This document shows, in pieces, positions 23,401-36,345 of a stretch of DNA of 64,000 bases. Every line of letters starts with the position of its first letter. Within the stretch, counting starts at the first letter, position 1. The notes beneath the pieces are model-generated. The model was not told the origin of the DNA and ran no database searches. It worked only from the letters and a program-made list of their open reading frames with translations. The stretch covers positions 108,624,001-108,688,000 of the forward strand of contig OX597823.1 in the NCBI GenBank assembly GCA_951406725.2, written 5' to 3'. A program made the position numbers and the translations under genes. The stretch comes from Octopus vulgaris. Its lineage: Eukaryota.

Positions 23401-26400
23401 TCTAGTTATATATAAAATAGAGATTTATGTGTATTCACTTTTCACATGAAAACGCCTTCACTAATTGCTCCCATACTTGTGATGCATGAATAATTTGACC
23501 TCGGACAAACAATAGGCTGTTCATTTGTTTTGGGTTTTTTTATAAAAAATTTTAAAAATTGCTTTTTATATTATATTCATGTCTTTGAAAGTTTTAAAAA
23601 TATTTATTTCCAGTTTTCTAGCATCAGTGATGTAACATATCTCTTTATGTATATCTCTCTATCCATCTCCTTCTATCTCTATCTCTTTGTAACATATCTT
23701 TCTATCTATATCTTTCTATCGATATCTCTCTCTTCTCTCTCTCTCTCTCTCCATATCTCTATATATCTCACTCACTCTCTATTCTTTTCACTTTCAATTT
23801 TCAGACGCCATTGTTTAACTTCAATTATTATTGTTTTCACTGAAAGTTTAAGTTTTCATTCGTTATTTACAAACAAACAATGACAAATTACTGACAGAAA
23901 AAAGTTCACAATCACTGATGTAAGTAATTTCATAATTTACAGACAGAAGTATCTTCTTAAAATTCACTTCAATCTATACGGTTTTTTCTTTTTTTGTTGC
24001 TGACAGTGTATTTTTTGGTTCCTTCAATAGTGGATCTTTGGTTCACTGAGAGACAAATTTTGCTTCAACCCATACAATACTTTATTTTCCATTGAAATTT
24101 CCTATTTACTTTCTGCCTGTCTTATTAAGAAACATAATTTCCGTTACCAAATTATTTTCATTGTTTACTATCTGCTGCACTTGCGTATTTCTGTATGCGT
24201 CTATAACCATGCCTAGAAGGAAAGTGTCAAATTTGTCTACAATATCAAGGTCAGCTATAAGAATGTCTCTGTCCAGTGAAAGAGAGATAGCTGCAGAAAG
24301 GTAAACGTACCAAGAAACGAACAGACTGTGCACTACAAAAGCCTGAGCATCTCAAAGTGATGAACAGAGGTATGCACGACTGACAAGGAATAGGATCTCC
24401 ACTGCAGAACGAAGAGCAGTTGAAACAGCCCAGAGAAGCAACTTCTATGAAGCAGCTTTCAATTACGATCCAGCAGTTCATTATGCAGATGACACTAGAG
24501 TTTCCATTGGTGCAATGACAACTGAGTGCATACCTTGTAAAGCAAAGAAATGGTCTGGAGAGATACCTGCACTGTGGTGCAGTTGGGGAAAGGTTAAACT
24601 CCCTGCAATCCACCTACCTCAAGAGTCATTGAAGAAACTGTTGTCATCAATTGACCAAAAATCCAAACACTTACAAAACAAAATTAGACAGTAACAATAC
24701 AATATTGCACTAAAGATGACAACATTTGGAGCCAGGATTCAAGCAAACTTTTAAGCTCCAAGGTCAGATTTATCATCGGATCGGCCTTCTACTACCTCTG
24801 TCAAATGAATCACCAAAATTCTCAACAAGAAGGGCAAGAGAGGTGCAAGAACATTTCCAACATCAGGATAAACATTATAGTGTCTCTGCAAAAGATACTT
24901 CATAGCAACAACCTGATCTGAAGCTTTAAGACTGCACTTGAAACAATTCCACCTGACTCCATGGATTACAAAGTAGTTATGAGATTAGACAAGAAACCAC
25001 CCGGTCAACATAGAGGGAGGTTTAATGCACCATTAATATCAAATAGAATAGCTGTGCTTCTGGTTGGGCAAGAACATGACAAGCGTGACATTGTCCTCCA
25101 TCTCAGAGACAGCACACTGACAGACACAGTCCAACAACAAATGGAAGTTCCCAAAAATACCACATTCACAGCATTCTTCAAGCTCTGTCAAGATGGTGAA
25201 TTTGCAACAAGGCAGCTATACAATGAAGTAACACAATTCTATACCTGGTATCAATGAAATGGAAGAGACGTGCACTTGGAGCACCCACACATCATCCAGG
25301 AATCAAGAAATCAGACACACTTGGCAGAGTCTATGTTGTCCATCCCAACTACTCAGAGTGCTACTATCTAAGGCTTCTATTTCACCATGTCAAGAGATCC
25401 ACATCATTTACGGCCTTACGTACGGTTGACAACACAATATGTCAAACATATCGCCAGGCTTGCCATCTCAGAGGTCTTCTGGAATATGATGCACACTGGG
25501 ATGCCACTCTGAGAGAGGCACAAATGTGCAAGTCTCCTATGCAGCTGAAAAACCTCTTCTCCATCATGCTGGTGAACTGTGGATTGTCAAATCCAAATCA
25601 ACTTTGGTACAAATACAAGGAGGGGCTTTCTGAAGACATTCTTCAAAGAATTCAATATCAGTGTGATGGTGACGTCACGTTCAATGATGACATCTTCAAT
25701 GAAGCATTAAGATTAATAGATGACCAGGTTCAGTCACTGGGTGGAAACAAACTTGAAATCTATGGTCTTCCAGCTCCTGTCAGAGATGTTCAACACAGAT
25801 TAGCACAAGAGATAATCAGGGAAACATCATACAACATGGAAAGTTTGCAAGCAGTTGTCAATGAAAAGGAATATGTTCTGGTACAGGATCAAAAAGAGGT
25901 ATACTGGCAATTTCTTACATCTACGGACAATAACACTGGTGAGGGTCTTCTTAGATGGTCCTCGAGGCACAGGAAAGACATTGTTGATCAACCTGCTCCT
26001 TGCCAAGGTGAGACAGAAGAAGAAGATTGCTCAGGCTGTTGCATCCTCTGGAATTGCAGCCACACTCCTAACAGGGAGAAGAACAGCCCATTCAACATTC
26101 AAGCTGCCTCTCAACCTCATCCAAAATGAATCCCCATTATGCAACATATCCAAGAATGCAGTGTTAGAAAAACTTCTTACAGATGCCAAACCCATTGTCT
26201 GGGATGAGGCAACAATGTCCCATAAGGCAGCCTTTGAAGCACTTGATGCAGCACTACCAGACTTCAGAAACAATAAGAAGATCATGGGTGGTGTCACCCT
26301 CCTCATGGCTGGTGACTTCAGGCAACCGCTGCCTGTCATCCCAGAGGAACAAGGGCAGATGAGTTGAGAGCTTGCATCAAGTCCTCATATCTGGCAACAT

Positions 26401-26620
26401 GTCAAGCAGCTTACTCTGACAACCAACGTGAGAGTTCACATTCATGGTAACCCGTTAGCTGCACAGTTCTCCAACAAGTTACTTGACACTGGAAATGGAA
26501 AACTTCCACAAGATCCAGAAGGTAGTCCGCACCATCTTCCATGTAGCAATATAACTGGATCCCTTAAAGAACTGAAGAGCAAGGTGTTTCCAAACATTCA
26601 GCTTAATAATACATGCCATG
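23401..26620 (+). mobile_element. Helitron relic (internally deleted, frameshifted RepHel)
   Basis: 5' TC(TA)-rich terminus at 23401. Peptides ECIPCKAKKW, LQGQIYHRIG, GRFNAP, GRVYVVHP..ECYYLRLL, Walker A FLDGPRGTGKT, AVASSGIAATLL..TAHSTFKLP, Walker B IVWDEATM, GDFRQPLPVIP. Confidence 0.9.
24961..26620 (+). pseudogene. Helitron RepHel pseudo-ORF (PIF1-family SF1B helicase), broken into four ORFs
   Basis: ORFs 24961-25257, 25254-26129, 25855-26367 and 26428 onward join by frameshifts into one helicase region. Confidence 0.88.
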
Positions 26621-27579
26621 GAAGATTCCTGGTAGGAATCAAAAGTTCAAATATTACCCAATGCATATGGGTATGTGTCGTATGGATGAGATCTATCCAC
26701 ACTCTCTGTGACTTATTAGCACACCCAGAATGAGCAGTTGTTATTCTTTCTTATTTCTATTTTGCAGTATCAAAATACTTTGGTAAGAAAGTTCTATTAA
26801 GCTGTAAATGTACCACAACTTTAATACAGTAATAGATAGATAAAAAAATAGACACTAGAGATTTTTTTTTATACAAACAGTCTAAACTCACATTTTATTT
26901 TAGAATTTTATTTAAAACACATGAGATAAAGTTGTTTTATTAGAAAAACAGGAACAAAAGAGTTAAGAAAACATCTACAGCTATTACATATTACATACTA
27001 TCTCTTTGCATCAGACAATCCTGCAGTTTATAAGAGAAGATATAGTATGTTAATACTTTAAAATATCTAGATTATTCAGAATTATATAATCTGTTCTTTG
27101 CTTGAAATTATTCAATATATATGTTTTAGCTAAAAACTGATAAATTCCAAAAAGCAAAATATGAATAAATGCAAATCATTACATTAGCTGAAATTCTTAG
27201 TCATATTTTGGCACCAAACTCAAGTTTATTCAAGATTCAATCATTTTTATGCCTTCATATAAACTTAATATGCCTAAAGGAAAACCTTGATTTCCTGCTG
27301 CAGTTTTGAAAAGGCAATCCGAAGACAAAATCCGAAACTTGGGAGAAGTCAATTCTTCCTCTTATAATTTTTTTAAATCTTTTTTTTTTTTTTTCAGAAG
27401 GACAGGCAGTACCTATGGCCTTTTAAGGGCCTCTAAAGTTGTTGGGAATGGGGAAGTTATCCTCAAACTGGAAACCTGTCCTAAATATTTTCAGTAAAGT
27501 CAACTCCTCTGCTAAAGGCAATCAAGGTGCCAGGTGATGGGGTTAAACTGGACAACAGATTAAGTATAGCACTAGGGTA

Positions 27580-27780
27580 GACCAAAGCAGGATTTGAATT
27601 CAGAACACAGAAGCCAGAACAAACACTGAAAGGCATCCAATCTACTGCTCTAGATTGGTACATGTGTAATGACCTTGAAAGGAAAAGGTAACATCGACCT
27701 TGGCTGAACTTGAACTCAGTGTGCTGAGGGTTGGAACAAATACGATGACATCCTGATGACTCTACCAATTTGCTGCCTTA
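27580..27780 (-). mobile_element. Highly diverged SINE family C relics
   Basis: ggatttgaattcagaac and gaacttgaactcag...ccaatttgctgcctt motifs. Confidence 0.5.
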
Positions 27781-29087
27781 AAACATTTTACCACTTTGCC
27801 ATGCCGTATGATGGCATTTTATAGTGAAATGCTTTCAAAGTGAGAAAGGTTTTTTATGACTAATCTACAACTTACTACACATGGCTTTCTTTAGTGATAT
27901 ATTCTACAATTCAATTTCATCAAACTGCTACTTTTCATGGAAAATGTTAAACATTTGCTCTTACTATTTTCCTGGTTAATTAGTTTTCTAATAATGTTAT
28001 GTGTGATAGCGATGGAAACTGAGATATATTTTAACTACTTTGGGGTTTCTTTCAATCATTATACTCATTTTAAGTCTTCATATACCATTCTCCTCCTTTT
28101 ATCTTTTATATTTCTCATCTATCAATCTATCAATCACCTCCTTTTCTAGCACTGTTCCTACCTCCTTTAACTTTATCTTCCACTCATCATTCTGCCTGTG
28201 TCATGATTGATGGCATCATTTTGGATCTGTCTGCATTGAACCATCTCCTTATCATCACCCCTTTTTATTACTGCTCATCACACTTTCTCACATGTATCCC
28301 TCCTCTATCACTCACTGTTGACACCCACCATTTTGTATCTATCCACCACTACATCACTCTACCATCACCTTCCCTCTCTATTCTATCACTCACTCTTTCA
28401 ACAATTACTCTCCCTTTTCATCACTTTTCCACATTTCTCCTATACCCTCATCTACATTAATCTCCCTCTCACCATTCTCTTTTCCTCCACCAAGCTGCTC
28501 ATACAGTTTCTATTCAAACTCCTTACCAACAATCTTCGTGTAGCTGTCGATCATTCTCTGTTTCCTCTCTCTCCTCTGTAAACTTCTTACACGTATCACC
28601 CTGACTTTCCTCCCTTAGTCTCTGCCATCGTCCCAAATTTTTAGTTCCCTTCTGGGGATGAAACAAACTTCTGCTGTTAGCGAACAAACAAACAGGGAAC
28701 ATATGACTGGGAGGACTCTTTAAACTTACCAAGGACACTCAAACCACACTGTTGCTGGTGCCATGATAAAATGCTCTCAGGTGAATGAATGGAGGTAACA
28801 TGGGTAAAGGAATTCTCTAATTTTACTGGGCATGTGTCAAAATCTAAAGTCCTGGTGCCATGTTAAACTGTACCCAGTGAACTCTGTAAAGTGGTAGGCA
28901 ACAAAAAGAGCATCCAGCAATGTTAATGATGAAATGTACAAGAAAGACGTAGTTGTTGAGACATCTTAATGGTTGGGGAGCAGTAATTCTGAAAAAGGAC
29001 AGACTCAGGTCATAACAATAAGGTGTCGTCAAGAATGTTGATGATAACAATGACTACTCATACAAGAAACTATATATAAGTAGAATG

Positions 29088-29292
29088 TGACCGCTTGTGT
29101 ACCGTTGGTGATTTTTTTTTCCTCTGTCTTCCCTTCTCTGGATCTTTCCTTCTCCTATGTTTCCGACGAAGAGCTCCGCTCGAAACTTTAAACCCTCTTT
29201 CTTCCCTTCTTTCCTGAGAGTCCAATAATACTATATTTGTTCCACGTCCTAGCGTTGTTGTGTTCTTTTGTACTTTCATGTTTGGATTAACT
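29088..29292 (+). mobile_element. Penelope-like pseudo-LTR with minimal hammerhead motif (29159-29193)
   Basis: gttt-CCGACGA-A-gagc-tcc-gctc-GAAAC-TTT-aaac with (TA)n flanks. Confidence 0.6.
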
Positions 29293-29316
29293 ATATATAT
29301 ATATATATATATGCAT

Positions 29317-29690
29317 ATTCTTTTCTTTTATTTGTTCCAGTCATTTGACTGTGGCCATGCTGAAGCACCACCTTTAGTCGAACAAATCAACCCCAAGACT
29401 TATACTTTGTAAGCTTAGTACTTATTCTATAGGTCTCTTTTGCCGAACTGCTAAGTTATGGGGATGTGAAGACGCCAACATCGGCTGTCAAGTGATGGTG
29501 GTGGGACAAGCACAGACACACACACATACGACAGGCTTCTTTCAGTTTCTGCCTACCAAATCCACTTTCAAGGCTTTGGTCAATCCAAGGCTGTAGTAGA
29601 AGACACTTGCCCAAGATGCCACACAGTGAGACTGAACCCAGAACCATGTGGTTGGTAAGCAAGCTACTTACCACACAGCTACTCCTATGC

Positions 29691-29691
<1 letters not shown>
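29317..29691 (-). mobile_element. SINE family A
   Basis: Homologous to the other family A copies. Confidence 0.88.
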
Positions 29692-29727
<36 letters not shown>

Positions 29728-29735
29728 TATATATA

Positions 29736-29820
<85 letters not shown>

Positions 29821-30603
29821 GTACAAACACATGCACATACATATGTACATACATGGAGGAAGAGGTAACAGGAGAGAGAAAGATATGAATATGCTATTTT
29901 GACATTAGAATTTCAAATGATTTTCCATTGTTTTAAGAAAATTCTTGCAGTTCCTATTATTTTTTTTTTAATCCAGAAATATATGAAATATTTTTTAAGT
30001 TATTCATTTTAAGTTATTCATTTACATATGTGTGCGTGTTTGTGTGTGTGTGTGTGTGTAGGTGTATGTGTGCTTAAGTGTCTATCTTAAAAACAATGAA
30101 ATATTAAAGTAAAAAAAAAACACAATTTAAACTGAAGTAATTTGCCTATTTTTTCCCATGGTTAGATGAAAAAAATTTGGGTCGAGAGAATTTTTGAATC
30201 ACTTACCATAATAATTTCTTGACAATATATTTTCATAAATTTTTGTTCTTTTAGAATTTTTTCTTATCCCAAAATTTATTCCTATTTTCATACAATTTTA
30301 ATTTTAGTTTCTTTAAAAAAAAAAGAAACTTTTTTTCAATCTCACTTCATTTAAAAGGATTTATATATATATATATAAATATATATACATATATACACAC
30401 ATACATATAGAATATATATGCGTACATATATTTGTGTGTATATGTTTGTATATATGTGTGTATATATATATACAAACTCACAGACATATATACTTATATG
30501 TATCATATATATATATATATATTCATTTTAGATATGTGTACACATATTTATAAATACAGACACACATGATCACACATATGTATATATTTATATAAATATG
30601 AAA

Positions 30604-30646
<43 letters not shown>

Positions 30647-30789
30647 TCCTTACTTTTTTTTTATTCCATTTTTCAAAAATTTATTCATTCATTTTGTTTT
30701 ACTCTTCTCTTCTTTAATTTAAAGATTTAATCAGTTTCACTTCTTTTGGCCAAATAAAGAATTTGGCAGAATATCAGAGATTTGGTGCC

Positions 30790-30809
30790 TGACGTCATAT
30801 AACTTCCTG
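30790..30809. promoter_or_regulatory. Adjacent CRE (TGACGTCA) and ETS-type (ACTTCCTG) motifs
   Basis: Motif match only, in a short non-repetitive island. Confidence 0.2.
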
Positions 30810-31313
30810 CATACCCTAGCAAGCTTTCTAGTCACCACTTGAACAACAACAACAGAAACACCACCAAAAACAATAAAAACAACAACAACAAAAGCAAATC
30901 TATTCTAAAGAAACTGAAATGAACAGAGGAAAACACTGAAAGCTTTCTGCTTTGTTGATTCACTTTTTCATTTTTATTTTCATTTTTTTTCTTCAAAATT
31001 TTTGTTTTTTTTAAATTTTGTTTTTATTTCTCACTTCCTATTTTTGCTTTCTTTTAACTCTTACAAAGTCTCCTTCTCCTATCACTCTTGTTGTCCCTCT
31101 TTCTCTCTTCTTATTACTGTGTGCGTGTGAGAATATGCATGGATGTGTGTGTGTGTGTTTGTGTGTATATAGTGTATATATGTAGGTGTACTATGACTTG
31201 ATGTATACATATTAATGTGTGTATATTTCCACACACATTTCCACACACACATGTACATGTATATACATACATACATATATACATATACATACATATATAT
31301 ATATATCTATATA

Positions 31314-31353
<40 letters not shown>

Positions 31354-31403
31354 CATATATATATATGTGTATATATATATGTATATATATCTATATCTAT
31401 CAA

Positions 31404-31442
<39 letters not shown>

Positions 31443-31653
31443 GTATGTATATATATATGGAGTGGTATGTTATATGTGCATCTATTTGTCAATATACTTA
31501 TTAAGAATTCCATTTTTGCGATATAACCATGTATCTATATATCTGTATGTATGTATATGTATGTATGTATGTGTGTATGTATATATATATGCATGTATAT
31601 GTATATACATATATATATGTGTGTGTGTATGTATATGTATATATATATATATA

Positions 31654-31698
<45 letters not shown>

Positions 31699-32453
31699 GT
31701 GTATAAATGTATGTATGTATTTCTCTATATATATGTATTTATTAATCTATCAATCAATCTTTCTATCTGGTTACCTATCTACACTCACACACATATCTCC
31801 ACATGCTCACACACACACACATATACATTCATAACCATGCATAAACACATAGGCATATATTTACCTCTTACTTTTCTTCTCTCACTTTTCCCTTCTTTTC
31901 TTTTTATTTCATTTTTCATATCATAGAATAAAAAAAATCGTTGAATTTATCAATATTATTTAGAAATTTTGCCAAAATATCTTTTCTTTCCCAATAAAAA
32001 TGTCCCTTTCACTCACTGTTTCAAAAATTCTTTATTCACCAGAATGAAGAAAAAAAATTTTTTTTATTAAAGAGAATATAAAAATAAAATTAGTATACAT
32101 AACATTTTCTGTGTTTATTGCTACATTCTCTGTTGAGGTTGTTGTTGCTGTTTTCTATCAGTTTTTAGCCTTGAAGGTGTTGTTGTGTGAAGATTAAACT
32201 TCTGATAATCAAGTTGATTTTAAAATTGCTTGCAGGATATTACACTGAAAATGTTTCCTGTTACTTTACACCTCAAATAGGATTTGAACTTGGCTCTTCT
32301 AGCTAATGATATGCTCGACTGTTACATAGTTACACATATCACAGAAAGAATTCAAAAACAGATCTTCCACATAGTTGCTCTGCCTGCAAGAAACAACAGC
32401 CAAATGCCTCTCAATTCACATACCAAATTGCCTTTTAAAATGCAAATACATTG

Positions 32454-32839
32454 TGGAGGCGCAATGGCCCAGTGGTTAGGGCAGGGGACTCGAGGTCGTA
32501 GGATCGCAGTTTTGATTCCCAGACCGGCCATTGTGAGTGTTTATTGAGCAAAAACACCTGAAGCTCCACGAGGCTCCGGCAGGGGGTCGGGGTGGCGAAC
32601 CCTGCTGTACTTTTTAACCACAACTTCTTCTCACTCTTTCTTCCTGTTTCTCTTCTACCTGTATTTCAAAGGGCCAGCCTTGTCACACTCCGTGTCACGC
32701 TGAATCTCCCCGAGAACCACGTTAAGAGTACACGTGTTTGTAGAGTGCTCAGCCACTTACACATTAATTTCACGAGCATGCTGTTCCGTTGATCGGATCA
32801 ACTGGAACCCTAGTCGTTGTAAGCGGCAGAGTGCCAACA
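32454..32839 (+). mobile_element. tRNA-derived SINE family D (tail type 1)
   Basis: tggaggcgcaatggcccagtggttagggc...gattccc tRNA-like head. TSD acattg at 32448 and 32840. Inserted into a family E relic. Confidence 0.85.
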
Positions 32840-33703
32840 ACATTGGACAGTGTATCTCCTGACTCTTCTAAAGTTGGAGTGGTCACAGCTGGAATGTTTC
32901 TTATCAAAGGCTGCCTTGATCAGGGTTTCCTTTAGACTAAATAACTGCAATTAGTTGAGAGTACACAAGTTAGTGCTTTTAAGTGTAGTTGTCTTTGTAG
33001 GCAGCAAGTTGGTACAGTTGTTCACAAATGTTAATGTTGACAGTCTATTGAGGAAATTGCTAGACACTTTTTGTGTTCTGAAGTTATATTTTATTTCCTA
33101 TCTCTGGCTTTCTCGTGGTAGGAAACTTGATCTTTAGGACCATTGTTATTGATAAACAAAAATATTAACTGAAGAATCATTAATATTGCCACTAGCAGTC
33201 CAGCCAAATAAAACTTTTTTTTACGTAGCAGAAACAGTATTAGATTAAAATAGCTAACTGTGTATCATACTTAATGCAGATACAGTGCTAAAAGCTAAAC
33301 TGACTGTGTGTTCATCCAGTGATAATATATCTTATGAGTATACTGTGTTTTATAACACAAATGTACTAGTAGCAGGCAGAAACCACCTAGCAACAGAAGT
33401 GAGAATGTTAGACAAACGTTTCTGTCTCATTTGTCTAAGCATATGATTGGCAGTGCATACATTCTACTGATAAAACCCAAATGTGCATCTTGCATTTTCC
33501 ATCACAGCTGCTTTAGGATTTTGTCTGCTACTGATATTTTGGTGTTTTTAAACACATTACATCTATAAGAGATATTATCGTAGGACAAATATCAGTTAAT
33601 TTGCCGTTTTGCAATGCATTTGCATTAAATATGATACCTAGATAGTTCTCTGTCTGTCTGTTTGTCTCTTTCTCTCATCCTATCTGTCTGTCTCTCTCTC
33701 TAT

Positions 33704-33742
<39 letters not shown>

Positions 33743-33804
33743 CTCTATGTTTATATATATATTTTTCCATGGGCGCATGTAAGTATTTCATTTATTTCTA
33801 TTCG

Positions 33805-33868
33805 TATTTTCTACTGAAGAGGAAAAAATCTATGAGATTAATTCCAAAATTGATTCAATATAGAAATA
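33805..33868 (+). ncRNA. Type I hammerhead motif with G12>A lesion
   Basis: tattttcta-CTGAAGA-ggaa[aatct-atg-agatt]ttcc-AAAA-ttgattcaat-A|tagaaata. All three stems pair. Confidence 0.6.
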
Positions 33869-34199
33869 ACAAACTTTTAAAAAATAATTCTGTTGACTAG
33901 CTTCCCGATTTCAGCACAACATATTTCTGTAGTGGGTATATAATAATATGTGGAAATTGATGATTTAAAAGTCTGTTATCAGCATATTGGCATAGAAATA
34001 ATTTTCTTTTGCCTTTGTTTATAAGTTGTTTATAATTTTAACCTTTAAAGGTATTTTAATATGCTGCCACTTTTTAGATGGAATTTTTTTCTGTAAAACA
34101 ACTTCATCCTATATTAGTAGTGTATATATATACATATATCTTAAATTTCTATGTTTATAAATATATCTTTTACTGGTTTCTGCAAGAAGTTGGAGCCAT

Positions 34200-35530
34200 G
34201 CTGGAACACTTTCAGTGTGTTTGCGGTTTCTTTTCTGTACTGCTTTTGGTGAAGCAGTGAGTCTGACTGAGCTGCTCTTCTTTGTGCCTTCGGCTGCAAT
34301 GTGAGTTTATCTGGTATTTTAGATAAAAATTTGTCTAGACACTCTTTGAAGACCTTTACATCTACATCTCACAAATCTCTGAGGTTGTTTGGCAGAATGC
34401 TGAATAGTTGTGGACCCTTGAAACCCAAGCTGTTACAGTATTGGGTCCTTATTCAAGATTGAGATGAAATCTCTGGGGCTATACAGTACCATCCTGTTTG
34501 AGAGAACCACCCCAAACAGTAGTGGTCCAAGTACAGTTCTTTGAAGGACTCCACTGTGAACTGATGTCTCCTTAGAGGGAGCACCATTAGCTGCAGCTAT
34601 CTGACTTCTGCCTTTTAGAAAGTCATGCAGCCATTCTCCCAGATTTTCCAGTAATACCAAGGTCATGCAGTTTGTGACATATCATCCATCCCATGATCAA
34701 CTTTATCAAAGGCCTTAGCAAAGTAGAGATATATCACATCCATATTTGAGTGGCTGAGCTGTTGTTTCAGTACCCAGTCATAATACTATAGTAGCTGTCT
34801 GAGGCAGTTCCTCCTTAGACGGAAGTCTTGTTGTTGCTTGTGAATAAGTTATATTCTTCGAGGAACATCATCTGTTTCTTTACTACCCACAAGAGGCTAA
34901 ACATAGAGGGGACAAACAAGGACATACAAACGGATTAAGTCGATTATATCGACCCCAGTGTGTAACTGGTACTTAATTTATCAACCCCTAAAGGATGAAA
35001 GGCAAAGTCGACCTCGACGGAATTTGAACTCAGAATGTAACGGCAGACGAAATATGGCTACGCATTTCGCCTGGCGTGCTAATGGCTCTGCCAGCTCACC
35101 GGAACATCATCAGCCTCCATCTGACAATGCATTCTATGATCTTGCTAGAGAGATAGGCCTGTAGTTTTTAGCATCTGTTCTGTTCCACTGTTATACACAG
35201 GACCTATGATATCTTCTTTCAACAGTTTGGGAAGTTTACCACATGCAAGAAAACTCAGAAAAACTATCTGCAGTGCTTTTTTCAAGAGCTTTCTCCCATG
35301 TCTTTAAGAGAATAGCTGGAAATCAATCTGGGCCCATTGTTGAGTTCAAGTTCATCTCATCAGTGGCTAAATTAACATCTTCCTCTTTTATATCGTTGTA
35401 ATCGATGGTTGCCTCTTCCCCATGTGGGTCTCTGGTATTGAAAGTCTCTTCAGGTTTGCTTATTTGCATGTTTCTCAGTGGAGAGGCAAAGACATTTTGG
35501 AATTGTCTACCCAGTACCTTCCTTATCCTC
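34200..35530 (-). mobile_element. Decayed CR1/L2-type LINE reverse transcriptase region
   Basis: NYRPISL, DVIYLYFAKAFDKVDH, WLHDFLKGRSQ...SGVLQRTVLGPLLF, C-terminal KGPQLFSILP..LDKFL. Many stops and deletions. Confidence 0.8.
34874..35100 (-). mobile_element. SINE family C inserted in the LINE relic
   Basis: TSD ggaacatcatc at 34862-34872 and 35101-35111. Confidence 0.9.
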
Positions 35531-35814
35531 CTATGCATACACACACACACACATACACACACACACACGCACACACACACACACACACGCAAAAGTCAAC
35601 AGAAGAGAACCAGAGATTCTCAGTATAGAAAACACTGAGTAGAGCTCAAATGATCCAAACTTAGACTCTGATCTCTTTATGAGGGACCAATTTCAGGGAG
35701 GCGGGTAAAGAGTGGCTGTAAGAGGAATCAAGGTGAGTAGATATGGAGGTAATTATTCAGATAAACAAATTAAATAAAACAGCTTGAGTTTGGTATTCAA
35801 AAGATATATATATA

Positions 35815-36345
35815 CGCACACATGCAACAGAGTGAGCGAGGACTGAAGATTTTCATATGATGAACTTTAAGTATAAATATCATCATCATCATCATCATCA
35901 TTGTTTAATGTCCGCTTTCCATGCTAGCATGTATTGGATGATTTGACTGAGGACTGGCAAACCAGATGGTTGCACCAGGCTCCAATCTAATGTGGTAGAG
36001 TGTCTACAGCTGGATGCCTTTCCTAACGCCAATCACTCTGAGTGTGTAGTGGGTGCTTTTACGTGCCACCGGCACAAGGTGCCAGTCAGGCAGTACTGGC
36101 AATGGTCATGCTCAAATGGTGTTTTTTACATGCCACCTGCACAGGAGCAAGTCCAGGGGCACTATATTTACATATTAATAAGTCAAACTTACCCAGAGTA
36201 CAAACGAGAGAGAAAACTAAAGGGGAAGACGTCCAACAACTGTTTCTGGGGGCTCGGAGATCCATCGTAATGTCAATATGCAGCCTGTAATGGAAGCAAA
36301 TAAACATTTGGTAACCCAAGGTAGATTCAGTCTGTCATCAGGGTA
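35815..36345 (-). mobile_element. Penelope-like pseudo-LTR with degenerate long-stem-II hammerhead (36232-36344), interrupted by an RTE tail
   Basis: Minus strand cc-CUGAUGA-(88 nt)-GAAAC-AGUU-GUU-gg, then a GTAAGT donor. Its tail is homologous to 46725-46860. Confidence 0.5.
35881..36160 (-). mobile_element. RTE LINE 3' tail
   Basis: (cat)n-tgtttaatgtccgctttccatgctagcat... Confidence 0.85.

Noticed and set aside
25254-26367. Possible host PIF1 helicase gene
   Set aside because: It is intronless, frameshifted and preceded by Helitron-specific RepHel segments and a Helitron-like 5' end.
32454-32530. tRNA-like sequence (also at 55897 and in SINE A/C heads)
   Set aside because: It continues into SINE body and tail with a TSD and has no proper acceptor stem or terminator, so it is a SINE head rather than a tRNA gene.
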